A stretch of 64,000 nucleotides of DNA. It comes from an uncultured delta proteobacterium (GTDB lineage: Bacteria; Desulfobacterota; Binatia; UBA9968). Positions 59,345-64,000 of this stretch are shown one piece after another. Made by a program: the position numbers and the translations under genes. How positions within the stretch are numbered: position 1 is the first letter of the stretch; each line of letters opens with the position of its first letter. The notes under the pieces were generated by a model. That model was given only the letters and a program-made list of their open reading frames with translations. It did no database searches and was not told the origin of the DNA. Where the stretch lies: the NCBI GenBank assembly GCA_963755715.1, contig CAVWLW010000002.1:1-64000 (forward strand). Direction: 5' to 3'.

Positions 59345-60829
59345 TCAAAGCGGCGTTACGCTCGCAGGTGGTTTGCGATGCCGCGTTGCTTGTTCGTAGC
59401 CATAAGCATACTGAATCATCTTACCGTCATCGTAGGGTCTTCCCAGGAACGTAATCCCGGCCGGTAACTGATCCCGGGTAAATCCTGCGGGCACGACGAT
59501 CGACGGCACGTAGACCAAAAATGTGTTGATGTGCGGCGCGCCTTTTTGATCGACATAGGGCGGGTTGACGCCGTCCTTGATCAGAGTCGGTTGGTGTTCG
59601 ACCGCCTTATGAACGATGGCGTCGAGGCGCCGATCGGCCATTACTTTCAATAAATTATTCATCAACTGCTCGCGCGCTTTCAGATATTCATAATGGGCTT
59701 CTTCGCTGGCTCGCCGCATCCAGCGTTCACGCGCGCGCTTGACGACCTTTTCGAACACAGGCGCGTTCATCGCCTCCGCCCGCGATTTGTAGGGCGCCTG
59801 CTTGCTACGGCTCATGTAGGTCTTAAATGATTCCTCTTCATCGGTGAAGCTGCCGGCTCGTTTGGCCAAGAGCACTTTAAGGTCCGGAATCTCGACCGGG
59901 TCGACAATTTCCGCGCCGGCGGCTCTTAAATCTGCCACTGCTTTATCGAAGACTTCTGAGATTTTGTTGAAGTCCTCCGACCCTGGCTCGGCGTCATAGC
60001 CCATCGACTCGCGCAGTATTCCAAAGCGCGCGCCGTGCAGGCCTTGCTTATCAAGGAACGCGGTGAAGCTTTGGCGAATCCGGCCGACGCCGTGTGCGGT
60101 GACAGGATCGTCAGGATCGTAGCCGGCCATCACGTCCAACAGTTTCGTCAAGTCGGTAACCGTGCGCGCCATCGGGCCGAGCGAGCCGTTAACCGAGGGC
60201 CAGCCGGCGAACACACCGGAGCGACTCACCAGGCCCGCGGTGGGGCGCATGCCGACGACACAGTTCCAGGTCGAAGGACGACGGATCGAAGCGAACCCTT
60301 CCTGACCGACCGCGACGGTGCAGAAGTTGGCGGACACGCTCGCGCCTGACCCGCCGGAAGAGCCGCCCGCCGTGCGCGCCAGATCGTAAGGATTTTTCGT
60401 CGAGCCGAACAGCGAGCCGTGCGTATCACCGCCGCCAAGCTCGCCAAGCGTCGCTTTGGCGAGAATGATCGCGCCGGCTTTTTTGAGCTTATCGACGACA
60501 AAGGCGTCGCGGTCGGGATAATAGTCTTTGAACAGCACGGAGCCGAGCGTGGTCGGCATGCCCACCGCATCGCCTTGGTCTTTCATGATGATCGGAACGC
60601 CGTGCAAGGGCCCGACGAATGCACCGGCTTTGAATGCCGCATCTAGGCGGTCCGCTTCTTTTAGCGCTGCGGGATTGATGGTAATGATCGCATTAATTGC
60701 CGGGCCTTGACGATCGTAATTTTCGATGCGGTCGAGATAGCTCTGCACGAGTTGCCGGCAAGTCAATTGGCCGGACCGATACGCGGCATGCACGTCAGCG
60801 ATGGTGGTTTCCAGGACGTCAAAGCTCAT
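59345..60829 (-). CDS. Amidase signature family protein
   Basis: GPLHGVPIIMKD, NPYD, GGSSGGS, SIRRP, GPMARTV, AY.YEQAT..R.PP. Confidence 0.92.
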   Translation of the reverse strand: MSFDVLETTIADVHAAYRSGQLTCRQLVQSYLDRIENYDRQGPAINAIITINPAALKEADRLDAAFKAGAFVGPLHGVPIIMKDQGDAVGMPTTLGSVLFKDYYPDRDAFVVDKLKKAGAIILAKATLGELGGGDTHGSLFGSTKNPYDLARTAGGSSGGSGASVSANFCTVAVGQEGFASIRRPSTWNCVVGMRPTAGLVSRSGVFAGWPSVNGSLGPMARTVTDLTKLLDVMAGYDPDDPVTAHGVGRIRQSFTAFLDKQGLHGARFGILRESMGYDAEPGSEDFNKISEVFDKAVADLRAAGAEIVDPVEIPDLKVLLAKRAGSFTDEEESFKTYMSRSKQAPYKSRAEAMNAPVFEKVVKRARERWMRRASEEAHYEYLKAREQLMNNLLKVMADRRLDAIVHKAVEHQPTLIKDGVNPPYVDQKGAPHINTFLVYVPSIVVPAGFTRDQLPAGITFLGRPYDDGKMIQYAYGYEQATRHRKPPASVTPL

Positions 60830-61313
60830 GGGGCGATCCTTCCCTGTGTCGATAATGTCTAACTACTGCACCGGTTTAAAAATGTCTAGCGACGGCACTG
60901 ACGGAGAGTCCCAGTTTTAACTTCCACGGATGCCGCCGAGTTTCGGCGCGCTCTCGCTGGCGCGCCGGCAGCCGTGTCCTCATGGGTAGTCTTATCTCTA
61001 TCTGATGGACTTGATAACGACGAAAGATGTCGGCCAACCGCGCAGTGGACCGCGCCGCTTGGCTGGCCATTCACGAGACCTGTTGCCGCACCGGCGACAA
61101 CGGCCGGCCGATGCGCAGCGTTCTACAATACGACCCCGCCCACGAGGGCGCCAAAAGAAATATCGAGCAAGCCGAGCGGATGCTCAAAGGTTTGCAGGTG
61201 CGCCAACAAAAGCAGGGACGCTAAAGTCCCGGCCCTCGCCGCCGCTATTCAGAAATGTCAATTGGGTTTGAACTTGCCCGCGACAACATCGTTGTGCGCA
61301 TCATCCGAATTAG

Positions 61314-62196
61314 CTAGACCTTGTCTGTTTGGACGGCCATAAATTGCCGTTCGATCTTTTGCCAGTCATCCAGGGCGACGACGCGGTCGCGCTCTTTGAA
61401 AGTCGTGAGCATTGCATCGATCGATTCGGTCGTGCCTTCGCGTTTGAGCGTGGCAAGCGTTGTGCGCATGGCGTGAATCGCCGCGCGTTGCGTCTCCGAA
61501 GGATAGATTGCGATCCGGTAGCCCATTTGTTCGAGGCGCTGCATGGGCAGCATCGGCGTCTTGCCGCCTTTGAAGACGTTTACGAGCAGCGGGACATCGG
61601 GAATCCGGCGCGGAATTTCGGCCAGCTCTTCTTCCGATTGCGGCGCTTCGACAAAGATCGCGTCGACGCCGAGCTTGGCGAAGGCTCGCGCTCTTTGGAT
61701 CGCGTCGTCGAAGCCGTTGACGCCGCGCGCGTCGGTGCGAGCGATGATGCAGAAATCCGGATCGGTACGGGTCTTCAGCGCGGCTGCTAATTTCATTTCC
61801 ATCTCGCTAAGAGGAATCACTTCTTTGCCGTCCAAGTGGCCGCAGCGCTTGGGCGTGATCTGGTCTTCGATATGGATCGCCGCCACGCCGGCCCGCTCAA
61901 ATTCTCGCACGCTACGCACGAGATTCACCGCGTTGCCATAACCGGTGTCGGCATCGGCGATGATCGGAATCTTTATCGCCGAGACTACCTGTACGGCTCG
62001 CTCGATCGATTCCGACATGGTGACGAGGCCGATGTCAGGGATGCCCATGCTGCGCGCGACCGCGCCGCCGCTCAGATAGGCGGCTTCAAAACCGGCTTCC
62101 TCGACGAGTCGGGCCGAAAGACCGTTGAAACAGCCGGGCGCGACCAATAATGTTGTTGCGTTGCAGCAGTTGCTTGAGTACTTGCCGTGGGTTCAT
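61314..62196 (-). CDS. prpB: Methylisocitrate lyase / ICL-PEP mutase family; frameshift near 62150
   Basis: YLSG, DADTGYG, IEDQ..PKRCGH, IARTD; lies downstream of prpC and prpD. Confidence 0.75.
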
Positions 62197-62284
62197 GTAT
62201 CACCTCAGAATAGTTAAAGCTGTTTCGAGTCTATGGTCTAGAGTCTCGTGTCTCGATTTTCGACTCAATGCTAGCCACGAGACT

Positions 62285-63722
62285 CTAGACAGCTTTCACG
62301 AACATGTCAGTAAACTCATCGACGGGCGTTGCGTCGAGCGTCTTGGCATCCTTACAAACGCGCATAATCGCGTCGCATTGCTCCGGCGCGAAGCGCGACG
62401 CCAGATTGGCTGCGAATTTTTTCACCAGCAGCGGCATGCCTTCGGCGCGGCGGCGGCGGTGGCCGATCGGATATTCGACGGCAACTTTCTCGGTGCTCGA
62501 CCCATCTTTGAAAAAAACTTGAACGGCGTTGGCGATGGAGCGCTTCTCGGGGTCGAGATAGTCTTTCGAATACTGGGGATCTTCGACGCAGATCATTTTG
62601 TCGCGCAAGGCATCGATGCGCGGATCACGCGCAATCGTATCTTCGTAATGATCGGCGGTGAGTTCGCCGAAGATCAAACCAACGGCGGTCATATACTGAA
62701 TGCAATGGTCGCGGTCGGCGGGATTGTGCAACGGTCCGGACTTATCGATGATGCGGATCGCCGATTCCTGGGTGGTGATAATGACCCTTTCGATTTGCTC
62801 AAGCCGATCCTTCACCCTGTCGTGCAAGTTGAAGCGCGCACTCCACCGCGGTCTGCGCATGAAACTCGGCAGGAAAGGAGATTTTGAACAGCACATTTTC
62901 CATCACGTACGATCCGAGCGGCCGGCCGAGGATGAACGGCTTTCCTTTGAAAAGCACGTCGTAAAATCCCCATTGCTTGGCCGTAAGCGCCGACGGATAA
63001 CCCATCTCGCCTTGCATGGCCATGAGGGCCAAACGCACACCGCGGCTGGTGGCGTCGCCCGCCGCCCATGATTTGCGCGGGCCGGTGTTGGGCGTGTGGC
63101 GGTAAAGGCGCAACGCGCCGCCGTCGGTCCAGGCGTTGGAGAGAGCGCTGATGATCTGATTTTTGTTGCCACCGAGCATCGCTGTCGCGACGGCGGCGGT
63201 GGCGACTCGGACGAGCAGCACATGATCGAGCCCGACTCGGTTGTAACTATTCTCCAGTGCCAGGATTCCCTGGATCTCGTGCGCTTTGATCATCGCTGCC
63301 AGGACGTCAGCCACGGTAAAGGTTTTCTGCTTGACGCGGCTGAGGTAGTCGGCGAGGGCAAGAATGCCGCCGAGATTGTCCGATGGATGGCCCCATTCGG
63401 CGGCGAGCCAGGTGTCGTTGAAATCGAGCCAGCGGATCATCGCGCCGATGTTGAACGCCGCCTGCACCGGATCGAGCTGCCACGCGGTGCCCGGGACGCG
63501 CGCGCCGTCGATTAAAGTCGCGCCGGGCACAACCGGTCCTAAATGTTTCACGCATTCGGGATAGCGCAGCGCGAGCAAGCCGCAGCCGAGCGTGTCGATG
63601 AGATTGTAGCGGGCGGTGTCGATCGCTTCGCGGCTGTCGACAACGTAGTTCGCGGCGTATTCTGCGAGCTCGACGATCAGCTCATCCGGCGCAGGACGAA
63701 TATTTGAAACCGTGTCGCTCAT
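62285..63722 (-). CDS. prpD: 2-methylcitrate dehydratase; frameshift near 62826
   Basis: [58 protein letters not shown]. Confidence 0.93.
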
Positions 63723-64000
63723 TATCGCTTACCAATCGGCACAAAAACGCGCGGGTCGGGACCGATGTAATCGGCATTGGGTCGAATGAGCCGATTGTCC
63801 GCGCGCTGCTCGATGATATGCGCCGCCCAGCCGGTGATGCGGGAAATGACAAACAGCGGCGTAAACATGGCGGTCGGGATGCCGCAGAAGTGATAGGCGC
63901 TGGCGCTGTAAAAATCCAAGTTCGGAAACATCTTCTTTTCGCGCCGCATGACTTGTTCGAGCCGCTCGGAAACCGGAAAGAGGCGGTGATCACCATTGGC
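63722..64000 (-). CDS. prpC: 2-methylcitrate synthase, C-terminal part (runs off the window)
   Basis: [30 protein letters not shown]. Confidence 0.85.
   Translation of the reverse strand, partial: ANGDHRLFPVSERLEQVMRREKKMFPNLDFYSASAYHFCGIPTAMFTPLFVISRITGWAAHIIEQRADNRLIRPNADYIGPDPRVFVPIGKR

Noticed and set aside
60880-61300. Short overlapping ORFs with a TPR-like tail (VLQYDPAHEGAKRNIEQAERML)
   Set aside because: No coherent full-length ORF or RBS; at most a gene remnant

Overview
Gene-dense, GC-rich bacterial chromosome segment. No rRNA, tRNA, CRISPR array, integrase or transposase was seen. The gene content (many orphan SsuA/THI5-type solute-binding proteins, amidohydrolase_2 enzymes, cupins, a Rieske oxygenase) resembles uncultured Ca. 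Binatia/deltaproteobacteria-like MAGs; this is an inference. Housekeeping genes: uvrB, uvrC, comEC, thrC-metB, prpC-prpD-prpB. About 13 genes carry small frameshifts, most likely long-read consensus errors. Main hidden signals: (1) a glutathione S-transferase with an in-frame UGA at the catalytic Cys position followed by a SECIS-like hairpin, i.e. a selenoprotein missed by the ORF track; (2) an egtD-like methyltransferase divergent from an EgtUV/OpuC-type transporter; (3) a translationally coupled plant-type threonine synthase and cystathionine gamma-synthase pair; (4) eight sigma-54-type promoters in front of small uncharacterised or envelope genes, including a duplicated gene plus promoter unit; (5) eight orphan binding proteins, most paired with catabolic enzymes; (6) several intergenic palindrome and short tandem repeat families, plus small unannotated ORFs. 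All family assignments come from motif recognition, not database searches.
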